Source: an uncultured bacterium (GTDB lineage Bacteria; Hydrogenedentota; Hydrogenedentia; Hydrogenedentales; JAEUWI01). From it: 64,000 nt of DNA. Position numbers and translations under genes: made by a program. The DNA lies in assembly GCA_963977445.1 (NCBI GenBank), contig CAXBPH010000003.1, positions 1 through 64,000 of the forward strand, read 5' to 3'. Under the pieces are notes generated by a model. It was given only the letters and a program-made list of their open reading frames with translations, searched no databases and had not been told where the DNA came from. Numbering within the stretch: the first letter of the stretch is position 1; every line of letters starts with the position of its first letter. Shown here one piece after another: positions 31,551-41,036 of the stretch.

Positions 31551-32219
31551 CTACTTAAGCTCTTTAATCTTGATGTTCTTCCACATGACCGAATAGGGGC
31601 CCGTGCCACCTTTGATCCCATGGACCTGAAGGCCGATAAAACCGGTAGGATGGCTCTTGGCCTTCTCTTCGTCGACCAGGTCTTCTATGGCTTCGCCGTT
31701 GATCCAGGTCTGGATGCGTGCACCCTTGGCCACAATCTTGTAGTGATTCCACTCGCCATCTTTGAAGGCTTTGCTGCGCTTGGCTTCCGCATCGGGGGAC
31801 ATCCATCCACCACAGGCCTCGCCGTAGATATAGCCGGACTGGGCACCTTCGGCACCGGCCGCTTCGATCTCAACCTGCGGACCGTTAACGCGACCATACT
31901 TCGCGTCGCCTTCGGGAGCCGCGGTGGTCGAGCGAATCTGGATGCCGGAGTTGAGCTCATTGTCCATCAACATCACGTCGACTTCCAGCTCAAAATCGCC
32001 GTAGTCTTTGTCGCTGCACAAGAAGGAGTTCGGGCTACCTTCTGCCGTCGTGCCCACAATGGCACCGTCTTTTACTTCATAGGAAGCGGTGCCATTTTTC
32101 TGGGTCCACCCGCTGAGGGTCTTTCCGTCAAAAATGGATACCGCGTCATCGGCCGCCATGACAGACAGGGGCAGAGCGAGCAGGCCAAGTGCGGCCACGG
32201 CGATAGTTTTCTTCATCAT
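31551..32219 (-). CDS. DUF1080 / 3-keto-disaccharide hydrolase family protein
   Basis: IFDGKTLSGW, NSGIQIRS, EWNHYKI, GFIGLQVH. Confidence 0.9.
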   Translation of the reverse strand: MMKKTIAVAALGLLALPLSVMAADDAVSIFDGKTLSGWTQKNGTASYEVKDGAIVGTTAEGSPNSFLCSDKDYGDFELEVDVMLMDNELNSGIQIRSTTAAPEGDAKYGRVNGPQVEIEAAGAEGAQSGYIYGEACGGWMSPDAEAKRSKAFKDGEWNHYKIVAKGARIQTWINGEAIEDLVDEEKAKSHPTGFIGLQVHGIKGGTGPYSVMWKNIKIKELK

Positions 32220-32348
32220 ACTTTTCTCCTGAGTTCGAGGGGGAGTTGCCGCACACCCGCGAAAGAAAACCCAGGGCGGGGAAGGCAGCAACGGTGAATC
32301 CGTGCAATTTAATCAGATAAATGCTTTTCGATCAAGAACGAAGTCAAT

Positions 32349-34763
32349 TTAGTCAACGGACCAATCGGCCGCCTGGACCAGTTTCCAGTCCGTACCGCCC
32401 GATGAACTCGTCATCAGGGCACGACGGGTCTCCCGTCGATCCGTCCGATAGAACCAATAAGTAGGCCAATAATCGTAGGAGAGAAAGAGACTACCCTTAC
32501 GATCAATAGTTAGACGATGGTAGAAGACACTATATTCAGAAAAAGCAGAAACCACGAGGGGGCGGGGCGCAGACCAGGGCTCTCCGGGCTTCTTTTCCAT
32601 ATAGGAAAGGCTCGCATACAGGCTCGCAGGAAAGTACGTCGTGTCTGAATTCCAGAGCCGAAACACCACGTGGAGGGTGTCGTCGGGACCACAAACGAAC
32701 CCCACGTAGGTCTGGCGCAAGTCGGCCCCGAGGGGCTCGGGCTCCGTCCAGCCGCTGCCGGCATCGTTGGGCGCAAGGGAGCGGGCATAGAGAAAAGTGC
32801 TGCCGTGGGTGCCCACCAGAACGTGGAGGTAGCCCTGGCTGTCCATCGTGATGCTGGGCGTATTGTGGACGTCGTTGGCGGGCGGCCCATAGCCGACCAG
32901 GGCGGGCTCGGACAAGATACCGCTATCCCGGTCATAGGTCGCCACGTAGGTCGGCACCCCCGGCACCGTAACCGCCGGCTCGGTGGCCTCCCCCCAGGTT
33001 ACGTGCACCTTGGAACCCCGCGACGCAATCGTGGAGGGAATGCCCGAGTGGCTGGAGATCCCGATACACGATTCGGAGAGGCGTATGGGCTCACCAAGAC
33101 TAAGCGTACCATCGGCATTTTTCGTGGGCACAAACAGGTCGAGATCATGGACACGACGCCATTTCAATTTGGGATCCACTTGGGTCCGCGTATACCGGAC
33201 AATCGGCGGTGGACCATCCGGACGGTTATGTCCCGAAAATTGCTCCAACTCAATGGCACCCTTACCGGGAACGGCGGTGGACGAAAAAGTCTTCCCGCCA
33301 TCTTGGGAATGCTCTAAGGCGACGTTGCCGTCCGATGTGGCCAGCATGTAGATGTCGTTCTCACCGTCAAAGGCAATCTTGCTGTTCACGACCTTCCCGA
33401 CAGACGTCTCGTTCCACTCACCATCACGTTGGGTAAATATGCCGTTTTCAGACAAAATGAACGGACGATTATCGTTGTCAAAGTAGACTTCTTCGGTGAC
33501 GGGATAGTCGGGCGCATAACCGAACTGTGCGTTCTCATGGCGATAGGGCTGGAGCACCAGGGGCAAATCCAAGGGGGCGTTCACCGCATCCAGCCCCGGT
33601 ATCACGCGCAACGTCGACCACGTGGTAAAACCCGACGGCGTGGTGGCGCGAAGATGTACCTGGCCTTCAACGTCCGCCCCGACAAAGCGCACCCTCACCG
33701 AAGCGGACCTACCCGGCCCCATCGTCACCGTATCCGCCGACAGGGAACAGTCCAACGATTGTCCGTCCGGGAATACCAGATCCAACGCGACTTCCTTGGA
33801 TGCCGGCCCGTTGTTGTGTAACTCGAATTGGACTTCACCGGATTCGCCCGCCGCCACATTTCTTCGCTGGGTGTAGGGCGTGAGGAGCCAGCGATTCTCA
33901 TAGAAAGGAAACCAGGTCGACGCCCGTGGGGACCAGAGAGAAAGATCACGAAATTCTCCATCCCATCGGGTCACCCCGTCGATGTTTATTGTACCCTGCG
34001 CCTTGGAGAAGCTAAGTTGCCAGGGCACATTCTCCCGTTGCTCCGATGGGGCGACGGTGTACTGTCCTTTTCCATCCGTCCCCACCGGTATCACCGCAAT
34101 AACACCCCCGACAGCGTCGAGCAGTTGGAGTTCCGCCCCCGTAAAACCCGCCACATCCAGGGTCAACGCTTCGTTGCGTGGCACAAAACATACCGCCCCA
34201 GGCTGGTCTCCCCCGTGCAACACCAGCGGCTCCTGGTGGCGCTCATCTTTGTGTCCCCGCGACGTCTCCACGAGATAGCGGGGGCTATTGGTGCGGATGC
34301 CCCAGACCATATCCTGACCATAGCGATCTTCTGACGCCGTGATATTAACGCCATAGACGCCCTTGAGGGGGACGTCGACTGAAAAGCGATGGCGCTGAAC
34401 GGATGCCGCGCCACTTCCCTTTTCCTGTCCCTGAAAGGGGAGATAGGTTTCGGCAAGAACAGCACGATCGGGCCCGAAAAATATCGCGCGCACGTGGGTC
34501 TTACGGCCAATACGGTTCAGGTCCTGCTTCTCTACCTCAATCCAGAGTTCCCCCGGCTCCGCAAGCACATAAACACCGCCGCAACCTTCGATACGGAAAT
34601 CGCTGCTCCAATCAAGGTCCTCGCCATGGGCCGCTGGGGATAACAATCCGCCTATCACGGTCAACAGGAGCACCAGACTCGGAAAAAAACCCGCGCCAAT
34701 CCCCTTGCAAAAAAAGGCCTCGTGCAAACAACGATTTCTCTGGGTACTTCTGGACATCTTCAT
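32349..34763 (-). CDS. BNR-repeat (sialidase-like propeller) secreted protein
   Basis: Asp-boxes SQDGGKTF and SSSGGTDW; DVHNTPSITMDSQGYLHV typical of BNR-4 proteins; start uncertain. Confidence 0.7.
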   Translation of the reverse strand: MKMSRSTQRNRCLHEAFFCKGIGAGFFPSLVLLLTVIGGLLSPAAHGEDLDWSSDFRIEGCGGVYVLAEPGELWIEVEKQDLNRIGRKTHVRAIFFGPDRAVLAETYLPFQGQEKGSGAASVQRHRFSVDVPLKGVYGVNITASEDRYGQDMVWGIRTNSPRYLVETSRGHKDERHQEPLVLHGGDQPGAVCFVPRNEALTLDVAGFTGAELQLLDAVGGVIAVIPVGTDGKGQYTVAPSEQRENVPWQLSFSKAQGTINIDGVTRWDGEFRDLSLWSPRASTWFPFYENRWLLTPYTQRRNVAAGESGEVQFELHNNGPASKEVALDLVFPDGQSLDCSLSADTVTMGPGRSASVRVRFVGADVEGQVHLRATTPSGFTTWSTLRVIPGLDAVNAPLDLPLVLQPYRHENAQFGYAPDYPVTEEVYFDNDNRPFILSENGIFTQRDGEWNETSVGKVVNSKIAFDGENDIYMLATSDGNVALEHSQDGGKTFSSTAVPGKGAIELEQFSGHNRPDGPPPIVRYTRTQVDPKLKWRRVHDLDLFVPTKNADGTLSLGEPIRLSESCIGISSHSGIPSTIASRGSKVHVTWGEATEPAVTVPGVPTYVATYDRDSGILSEPALVGYGPPANDVHNTPSITMDSQGYLHVLVGTHGSTFLYARSLAPNDAGSGWTEPEPLGADLRQTYVGFVCGPDDTLHVVFRLWNSDTTYFPASLYASLSYMEKKPGEPWSAPRPLVVSAFSEYSVFYHRLTIDRKGSLFLSYDYWPTYWFYRTDRRETRRALMTSSSGGTDWKLVQAADWSVD

Positions 34764-34808
34764 TCGCTTCCATTCGTTTTCAGGTGAGTCAGTTGATGTA
34801 ATGTTATT

Positions 34809-35582
34809 TCATCGCGTATATCGCCCATTGAAGGCGTGATGAATCGATTTGTCGTGATAGGGATCCGAAGGGTCAGCCAGGTCATCAGGCGTATAACCGG
34901 ATAAGATACACCCTATCGTAACGTGACGCTCATCGGGGGCCGTGGTGAACGTGGCACGCCAGGTGCGATACGCGATTTCCCACGTCCCTTCCCCAAGGTC
35001 GCGCAAGCGCTTGCGCTTTCCATTGAGCGGCTCATCGCCCAGTTGCTGGTGCAAGAAACCAGCCACGCCTTCGACACCGTGTGCGCCGAGCCATTCCAGT
35101 TGCTCCGTAGCGAACGTCGACAGGGTAACCTTCCATGCTTCACCCTGCAGCGCATCGGTCCAACCACCATTCGCCTCGGGAAAACAATCCGCATAGGGGA
35201 TATAGGGTTTGATATCGAGAATCGGTGTGCCATCGAGGAGATCGTGTCCCGCGACTTCGATACGTCGGCCCGACACACGGACAAGTTGGACACAGGACAT
35301 GCCGATGGCGTTGGGGCGATAGGGTGCCCGCGAGGCAAATACCCCCACTTTCTTGTCACCCCGGGGCGGCTGAACGCGGGGCTTCCAGTGGCTATTCTTG
35401 TGAAATTGGAAGATCAGCCAGATGTGAGAAAAACCGTCCAGGTCTTGTAGCGCCTGCTCGAAATTGTGTCCCCCATCGAGCTCAACGACCCCGGTGCTTT
35501 CTTCCGCGAGCACCCCTTGACGGGGCGCGTCGTAGGTATATTTTTCATTGCAGCGAAACAGGCCGATGGGAATAATTTCCAC
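34809..35582 (-). CDS. tsaA: tRNA (N6-threonylcarbamoyladenosine37-N6)-methyltransferase TrmO
   Basis: FSHIWLIFQFH, GVFASRAPYRPNAIGMS, DLLDGTPILDIKPY. Confidence 0.92.
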   Translation of the reverse strand: MEIIPIGLFRCNEKYTYDAPRQGVLAEESTGVVELDGGHNFEQALQDLDGFSHIWLIFQFHKNSHWKPRVQPPRGDKKVGVFASRAPYRPNAIGMSCVQLVRVSGRRIEVAGHDLLDGTPILDIKPYIPYADCFPEANGGWTDALQGEAWKVTLSTFATEQLEWLGAHGVEGVAGFLHQQLGDEPLNGKRKRLRDLGEGTWEIAYRTWRATFTTAPDERHVTIGCILSGYTPDDLADPSDPYHDKSIHHAFNGRYTR

Positions 35583-35945
35583 GAGAATTCTCTATCGTGT
35601 GTCTGGTGTAGCGGGGTTCAATACGGGTATCCACCCGACCAACCCGTTACGGATTCGAAAGGACAGGGTAAGCGAGAATCCGTACTATACCATACGCCCC
35701 CGTGCGGTCCCATCAGTGTCCCGCGAACGGAATGGTTCGGACTTTCAGCCCCAATCGTATCTTGAAAACCTTGTTCCTGGTGCACCACGGGTGCCACCCT
35801 CAAACGGAGGAGTGAAGCGGAGGAAGTTTGAGGGTGAGGAGGTGTCAGCCAAGGAGAGTCCTACCAACGCCAAAACAAACTGAACCTATCAACCGTTCCG
35901 CACGTCCATGGCTTGTCGTTGCCCGTGATGGGGAGAATGACGCAT

Positions 35946-37364
35946 TTACGGCATGGCACACCCGGTTACAACCGTTCCACTGCCGCCACCACCACCTGTT
36001 CCGCCTCCGCCCCCACCACCTTCACCCTCTCCTTCGCCTTCTCCCTCCCCTTCACCTTCACCACCGGTGGCCGAGCCGGGATTCAGGTTAACAAAGGGGG
36101 CCAGGGCCATACCCGCCGGAATTTTGAAGATAGGATCATTGAAATCTGCGCCGAAGACCGCCGAGGCGTCTTCGCCAAACCAGTCCGCAATTACATTGGA
36201 ATAAATGGCCCGAAAGTCGACTTTGTGGTTCAGGTTTCCCCGAATCAAATTATCCGGGTTGAGATTGGGCTGTCCACCGTAGACACCTCCATTGACCCCG
36301 CCACCGAAAGCCATGAGACAGTTGGCACCACCATGGTCGGTACCGGCACTGCCATTTTCCTCGACGCGACGTCCAAACTCGCTGAAGGTAAGTACGAGCA
36401 CCTTGTCCAGGTTGCCCGTGGCATCCATATCACCGAGAAATGCGTTCATGGAACCGTTGAATTCGCTCATCAGGTTACCATGGTCCCGACTCTGCCCGGC
36501 GTGGGTGTCATAGCCACCCTGACTGCAATAATAAACTTTCGTTTCCCGACCGGAGCGAATTAACTTGGAAATATTGCGCAATCCCTGCCCGAAACGACCG
36601 TTGGGGTACGAGCGCAAATCCTGGGTGTTGCTGGCTTCGTCAAACTCGGCCACCGTCGCCTCCGCCACATTCTCCACCCGCTGGATGTAGTCCAGGTCAT
36701 TGTTGGGCACATTGAGGCGGTTCAGGGCCGTCAGATACTTTGCCCGCAAGTCCGTTCCCGCACGCAGGCTGAAATCATCCAGGTTGCTCACGCGGGCCGG
36801 GAGGTAGTTTTCACTTCCACTCAGTGCATCGGGCAGCTGACTGGTGTTAAGGGCCAATATAGAGAGGGCGGGAATATCTTCCGGGGCAACACCCGCGCAA
36901 GCGTTGTCGAAGAATCGCATAATCCAGCCCTTATCACCAGGCTGAACGGCGCTGCCCGGTGACGCACCGAATTCAAAGTAGTCGGTAGAAAGGAAGTGAG
37001 ACAGGTTGGGGTTGGGGTAACCCACATTCTGCAGCAGGGCCATATAGCCTTCGTCATACCAGCGCTTCAAATCGCCCAACTGGGGGTGGAGGGCGTTGAG
37101 GTTATCCCCAAGTTCGTGGTAACCGGAGCGCTGGGCCAGCACCGGGCGGGCATTATAATACCGGTCATCCGCATAGGGAATGACTGTATTCAGGCCGTCA
37201 TTCCCGCCGCCCATTTGAACAATGACCAGAATGCGATCATCGAATTGCGTTGCCGAAAGGCCATGGGCCGATTTGGCGACCCAGGCAGGAACCGCCGCCG
37301 AAGCACTCAAATAGGCAAAACCACCCAAACCCGCTTTTATAAAATCACGTCGCGTAAGTTTCAT
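35946..37364 (-). CDS. DUF1501 domain protein (Tat) with C-terminal poly-GE/Gly tail
   Basis: TRRDFIK; GGNDGLNTVIP; GGYDTH; FSEFGRRV; GTDHG. Confidence 0.9.
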   Translation of the reverse strand: MKLTRRDFIKAGLGGFAYLSASAAVPAWVAKSAHGLSATQFDDRILVIVQMGGGNDGLNTVIPYADDRYYNARPVLAQRSGYHELGDNLNALHPQLGDLKRWYDEGYMALLQNVGYPNPNLSHFLSTDYFEFGASPGSAVQPGDKGWIMRFFDNACAGVAPEDIPALSILALNTSQLPDALSGSENYLPARVSNLDDFSLRAGTDLRAKYLTALNRLNVPNNDLDYIQRVENVAEATVAEFDEASNTQDLRSYPNGRFGQGLRNISKLIRSGRETKVYYCSQGGYDTHAGQSRDHGNLMSEFNGSMNAFLGDMDATGNLDKVLVLTFSEFGRRVEENGSAGTDHGGANCLMAFGGGVNGGVYGGQPNLNPDNLIRGNLNHKVDFRAIYSNVIADWFGEDASAVFGADFNDPIFKIPAGMALAPFVNLNPGSATGGEGEGEGEGEGEGEGGGGGGGTGGGGGSGTVVTGCAMP

Positions 37365-37419
37365 AGTTCGTTCCTCCGTCCAATCCCATCGGCAGTCGTC
37401 CAGGCCATCATTGCCATCT

Positions 37420-39093
37420 TCACTTCATTTGCCACATGGGCAAGGACATCAGCAGGAAGATGAGGCCGCGCACCTGACGTCTGAATCGCCGATCTTTATT
37501 GTTTTCATCCGCAGCCACTTCATTCATATATTTGTCCAATTGACTGAGAGAACCGGGGGCCCAGACTTCGATGTCATCTTGAATAATGACCGTCACGAAA
37601 TAATCAACAATGCCACGGTGAACGCTCGGATCGATAAACCCACCATTCAGGATCTTGAGATCGTCGATGTCCTGATCGCTCAGACCCCAGCCATCCTGGT
37701 TGCGCACAATCCGTTCCAGGAAGTAATAGCGGGTCAGCAGGTATTCGGCATTGATCCACGGCCGTCCCTGGCGCCAGCCCGAGACATCCGGCGGATTGAA
37801 CAACTGCATGCCCATGCCACGCATAAGGTTTATGGGCGCGTCGCCATAGATTCCGCGATTGTAATCAAAATCTTCCGGCGCGATGCCGATGGCCGCCTGG
37901 CTGAGCCGCAGGGCAGATACGCAAAAGTCGGCAGGACTTTTCGTGATGGAGAAATAATTGTCCACATCATAAAAACACTGGGACGTAAAAACCTTACGCA
38001 GGCAGGCCCGAAGGTCGTAAGGATAGCGACGTAGGGGGTATTCGGCGTCATCGCTGCCACGCATGTAGTCGGCCAGTTCCAGGACCGCTTGGTCGGGTGG
38101 GTCAAGGCTGATGTTCTGATTCAGAAACCACCGCAACAGTTTCCACGACATGTAAACCGCTGCTGCAGGCAAGTCATTGTAGGGTGCCGCGAGACCACTC
38201 ACATCGGGCTGTACGCTTCGCTTGCTAAGTATGAGATCGATTATTTGAATCAGCTCGCCACCGTCGTCAGCTTCCGTAACAACCTGACCAAACACGGTCT
38301 TATTTCCCGTTACGTGATTGCCACTGCGGAAACGGTGGTCGAAGGCATCGTTTGAGCCGTCATCGCGAAAACCATCGAGGGTCTCTCCCGTAATGCTCTT
38401 GGCAATTTCCCGAACGTCCTCTTCGCTGTAGTTATTGACGCCCATGGAAAACAGTTCCATGACTTCCCGCGCATAGTTTTCCTGGGCACGCCCATCCCCG
38501 GCACCATTAATCCAGTTGTCGAGATAGAGCAACATGGCCGCATTGCGAGAGACTTCCCGAAGTGTGTCGCTGAAGCGTTCCAGGCCTATTTCCCGAAACA
38601 GACGATTTTGCACCAGCAATTGTTCGCAGGTCGCCGCGCGACGATCAATGCTCCGTTGGTAATCACCGATAATCTGCTCTACCTTGGGAAACTCCGAGAC
38701 AAAGTGGTCCTGAAAGAATAGACCGATTTGCTCTTGGAAAGGCTGGCTGGAATAGAAGAGCCGATAGAAGAGGTGCGCCTCCAGGCGGCGATCAGAGCGG
38801 GGACGTTTGGTCTGGCCCTCATTCGTGTCGTTGTCGTTAATTTCATCGATGAGGTCGTCGGGAAGACCGGCAATGGGTCCACCCCACGGACCGGGGCCCG
38901 ACGGCCCATCCAGGTTGGGGTCTTCTGGCAACACATCAACCAGCCCATCGACGGCATCGAGCATCGCCTGGACGCTTCCATCGCCCACGGCGGTTTCGAG
39001 TTCTGCGGGCGTACCGCCAAAGGCAGCGCGGCGCCAGAGGTGGGCCGCCTCCATCGTTGACCACGTTCCGTTATATTCATCGAGTAACGCCAT
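37420..39093 (-). CDS. DUF1800 domain protein
   Basis: HLWRRAAFG; MLLYLDN; ENYAREVMELFSMG; PPDVSGW; typical pairing with DUF1501. Confidence 0.88.
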   Translation of the reverse strand: MALLDEYNGTWSTMEAAHLWRRAAFGGTPAELETAVGDGSVQAMLDAVDGLVDVLPEDPNLDGPSGPGPWGGPIAGLPDDLIDEINDNDTNEGQTKRPRSDRRLEAHLFYRLFYSSQPFQEQIGLFFQDHFVSEFPKVEQIIGDYQRSIDRRAATCEQLLVQNRLFREIGLERFSDTLREVSRNAAMLLYLDNWINGAGDGRAQENYAREVMELFSMGVNNYSEEDVREIAKSITGETLDGFRDDGSNDAFDHRFRSGNHVTGNKTVFGQVVTEADDGGELIQIIDLILSKRSVQPDVSGLAAPYNDLPAAAVYMSWKLLRWFLNQNISLDPPDQAVLELADYMRGSDDAEYPLRRYPYDLRACLRKVFTSQCFYDVDNYFSITKSPADFCVSALRLSQAAIGIAPEDFDYNRGIYGDAPINLMRGMGMQLFNPPDVSGWRQGRPWINAEYLLTRYYFLERIVRNQDGWGLSDQDIDDLKILNGGFIDPSVHRGIVDYFVTVIIQDDIEVWAPGSLSQLDKYMNEVAADENNKDRRFRRQVRGLIFLLMSLPMWQMK

Positions 39094-39398
39094 GGCAAAA
39101 CTCCCCTCCTGGTCCATCTTGAATAAAAAGTACTTCCGGAACCCTGCGTTCAGTCCAGGGAACCTTCACGGAAATGCGGGATAATCAGTTGACATCCATA
39201 AGTAATCATAAGGGTAAACGGGAAAAAGTCAATCCATGAATACTGCGCTATTCGATTTAAACGGTGCGGCACGTGACCCGCGCGGGTGACGGAATACTGT
39301 CGATGGAAGTATAAGTCGTTGAACGGGTTGCGGTTGTCCCGCTGTCAAATTTCTGCCAGCTTGCACCATGGCGTCGTAAAAAACAGGGGGAAATTCGA

Positions 39399-41036
39399 CT
39401 ATAACCGGGAAATTCGCACGTCGTGAAAATAGTGCTGTAAAATGGCGTCGTAACCTTGGTTGGCCTGGGCCATCCCACAGGCACCCTGTTGGCAAAGTCC
39501 CACCCCATGCCCCCGACCGGCACCGCGCACCCGAATCACACTATTTTTACGATCGACGTCAATGGTGCACAGGGCACTGGGGAGATTGTCGAAGGCGCGG
39601 CGAATATTCAGTTCTTTCCGCACGACCTCGCTTTTCCGCGAGCCGACCAGTCGAATTTCTTTCAATCGCCCACTCACGCCGCGCTCCATCATCTCGACCC
39701 GTTGAAGCGTTCCAATGCCATACTGGTTGTTCAGTTGCTTGGATACGGAGGCAAGTGACAGGGACCGGTTCCACCGAAAGTATTCCTTGTCGTGGGAACA
39801 GTAGGACGCGGGATTGTCTCGAATCCAGGACTCGACCGATCCGTTGCCCTGAAGTCGCTCGCCCCCAACCTGGTCGCTGTGACCCCGCAACGCGGCCGCC
39901 GGCGCACCATCCCAGACATTCTCATTGTGCTCGGTCCAGCCGCCGCAGTTGGCAGAGAACACGGTCGGTACAATGGCATTCTCGCGGTCCACAAGCACTT
40001 GATCGGTGGTCTCATGGACAGCCTCATCGGTGCGCGCATGATGCCCTTCTTCTCCCGAAAAAGCCCGACAGTGTTGTTCGATACAAAAATCAAAACCCTC
40101 AAAAAAATGCTTTCCACCAGCGTGGGCAATGATTTCGCTTCGCGCGGCCACCGCCTGGGCCTTGAGGGCTTCGAGGGGCCAGTCCGGATACATTTCTGCA
40201 GGTAGAATTCCCTGGAGATAGCTTTCCAGCGGGAGCGACCCACAGACCGACAGATTGCCCTTGGTATTCAGTTCAAACTCAATTGGAGCCGTTGTGCGCA
40301 AGGGCGGCTTACCGGATCGGGCCCCTTCCAGGGAAACAGGACCTGCCGACCGAATCCGCGCCGGCGAGGGCGAGACCAACTGGGTCGTGCCACTGGCATC
40401 GATGAAGGACAGTTTTCCTTCGGCAGGCGAGCGGACTTCGGGACGGATCCAGGCCCAAATTTTTTCGTTTTGTAGCGTACCCTTTAAGGCAAGGGCATCC
40501 CGCTCTGTAGGACAGCGGTCTATACCGAGCCAGTACTTCCGGCCATCGTAGACGGTGCCATCGGATGCGGTAATCGCCCGCCCCATGGTCGTCACAAAAG
40601 TCGCATAGCCTTCCCCACGCCACTGTTCCCGCTCCTCGGCAAGGAGTTTGGTTTCATGGTGTTCGAAGGCCTTTACATATACGGAATAGGCAATCGTTGC
40701 CGGGCGGCTTTGCTGGAAGCTGACCTTCCAGTCTCCCTCGGGCAATCGTTTCAGCCCCGCATCGGGCGTGGTCACGACCAAACTCTCCGAAGCGTGGAAG
40801 CGTTGTGGCGTAATGGTTTCCAGGTATTGCAATCGCACCAGAAAGGGCTCGTTCGGAGACGTGCGTTCAATGCGTGTAGCCTCTATCGGCTGCGATTCAT
40901 CCACGGGCATCGGCGCAGACGTGGGTGTACCCACGGGTGCCACTCCTGTCGATGTTGTGTGGGTACATCCGGGTACCAGCAACAGCAGTAGCCCAACAAA
41001 GACCGGGCACCAGACCCGCGTAGATAGACCAATCAT
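39399..41036 (-). CDS. SpoIID/LytB domain lytic transglycosylase, probable lipoprotein
   Basis: LESYLQGILPAEM, EALKAQAVAARS, GRGHGVGLCQQGA, ILQHYF; lipobox-like VPGC. Confidence 0.88.
   Translation of the reverse strand: MIGLSTRVWCPVFVGLLLLLVPGCTHTTSTGVAPVGTPTSAPMPVDESQPIEATRIERTSPNEPFLVRLQYLETITPQRFHASESLVVTTPDAGLKRLPEGDWKVSFQQSRPATIAYSVYVKAFEHHETKLLAEEREQWRGEGYATFVTTMGRAITASDGTVYDGRKYWLGIDRCPTERDALALKGTLQNEKIWAWIRPEVRSPAEGKLSFIDASGTTQLVSPSPARIRSAGPVSLEGARSGKPPLRTTAPIEFELNTKGNLSVCGSLPLESYLQGILPAEMYPDWPLEALKAQAVAARSEIIAHAGGKHFFEGFDFCIEQHCRAFSGEEGHHARTDEAVHETTDQVLVDRENAIVPTVFSANCGGWTEHNENVWDGAPAAALRGHSDQVGGERLQGNGSVESWIRDNPASYCSHDKEYFRWNRSLSLASVSKQLNNQYGIGTLQRVEMMERGVSGRLKEIRLVGSRKSEVVRKELNIRRAFDNLPSALCTIDVDRKNSVIRVRGAGRGHGVGLCQQGACGMAQANQGYDAILQHYFHDVRISRL

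Noticed and set aside
39120..39400. Possible structured ncRNA upstream of DUF1800
   Set aside because: No family-defining motif or convincing long stem; an Rfam covariance search would be needed
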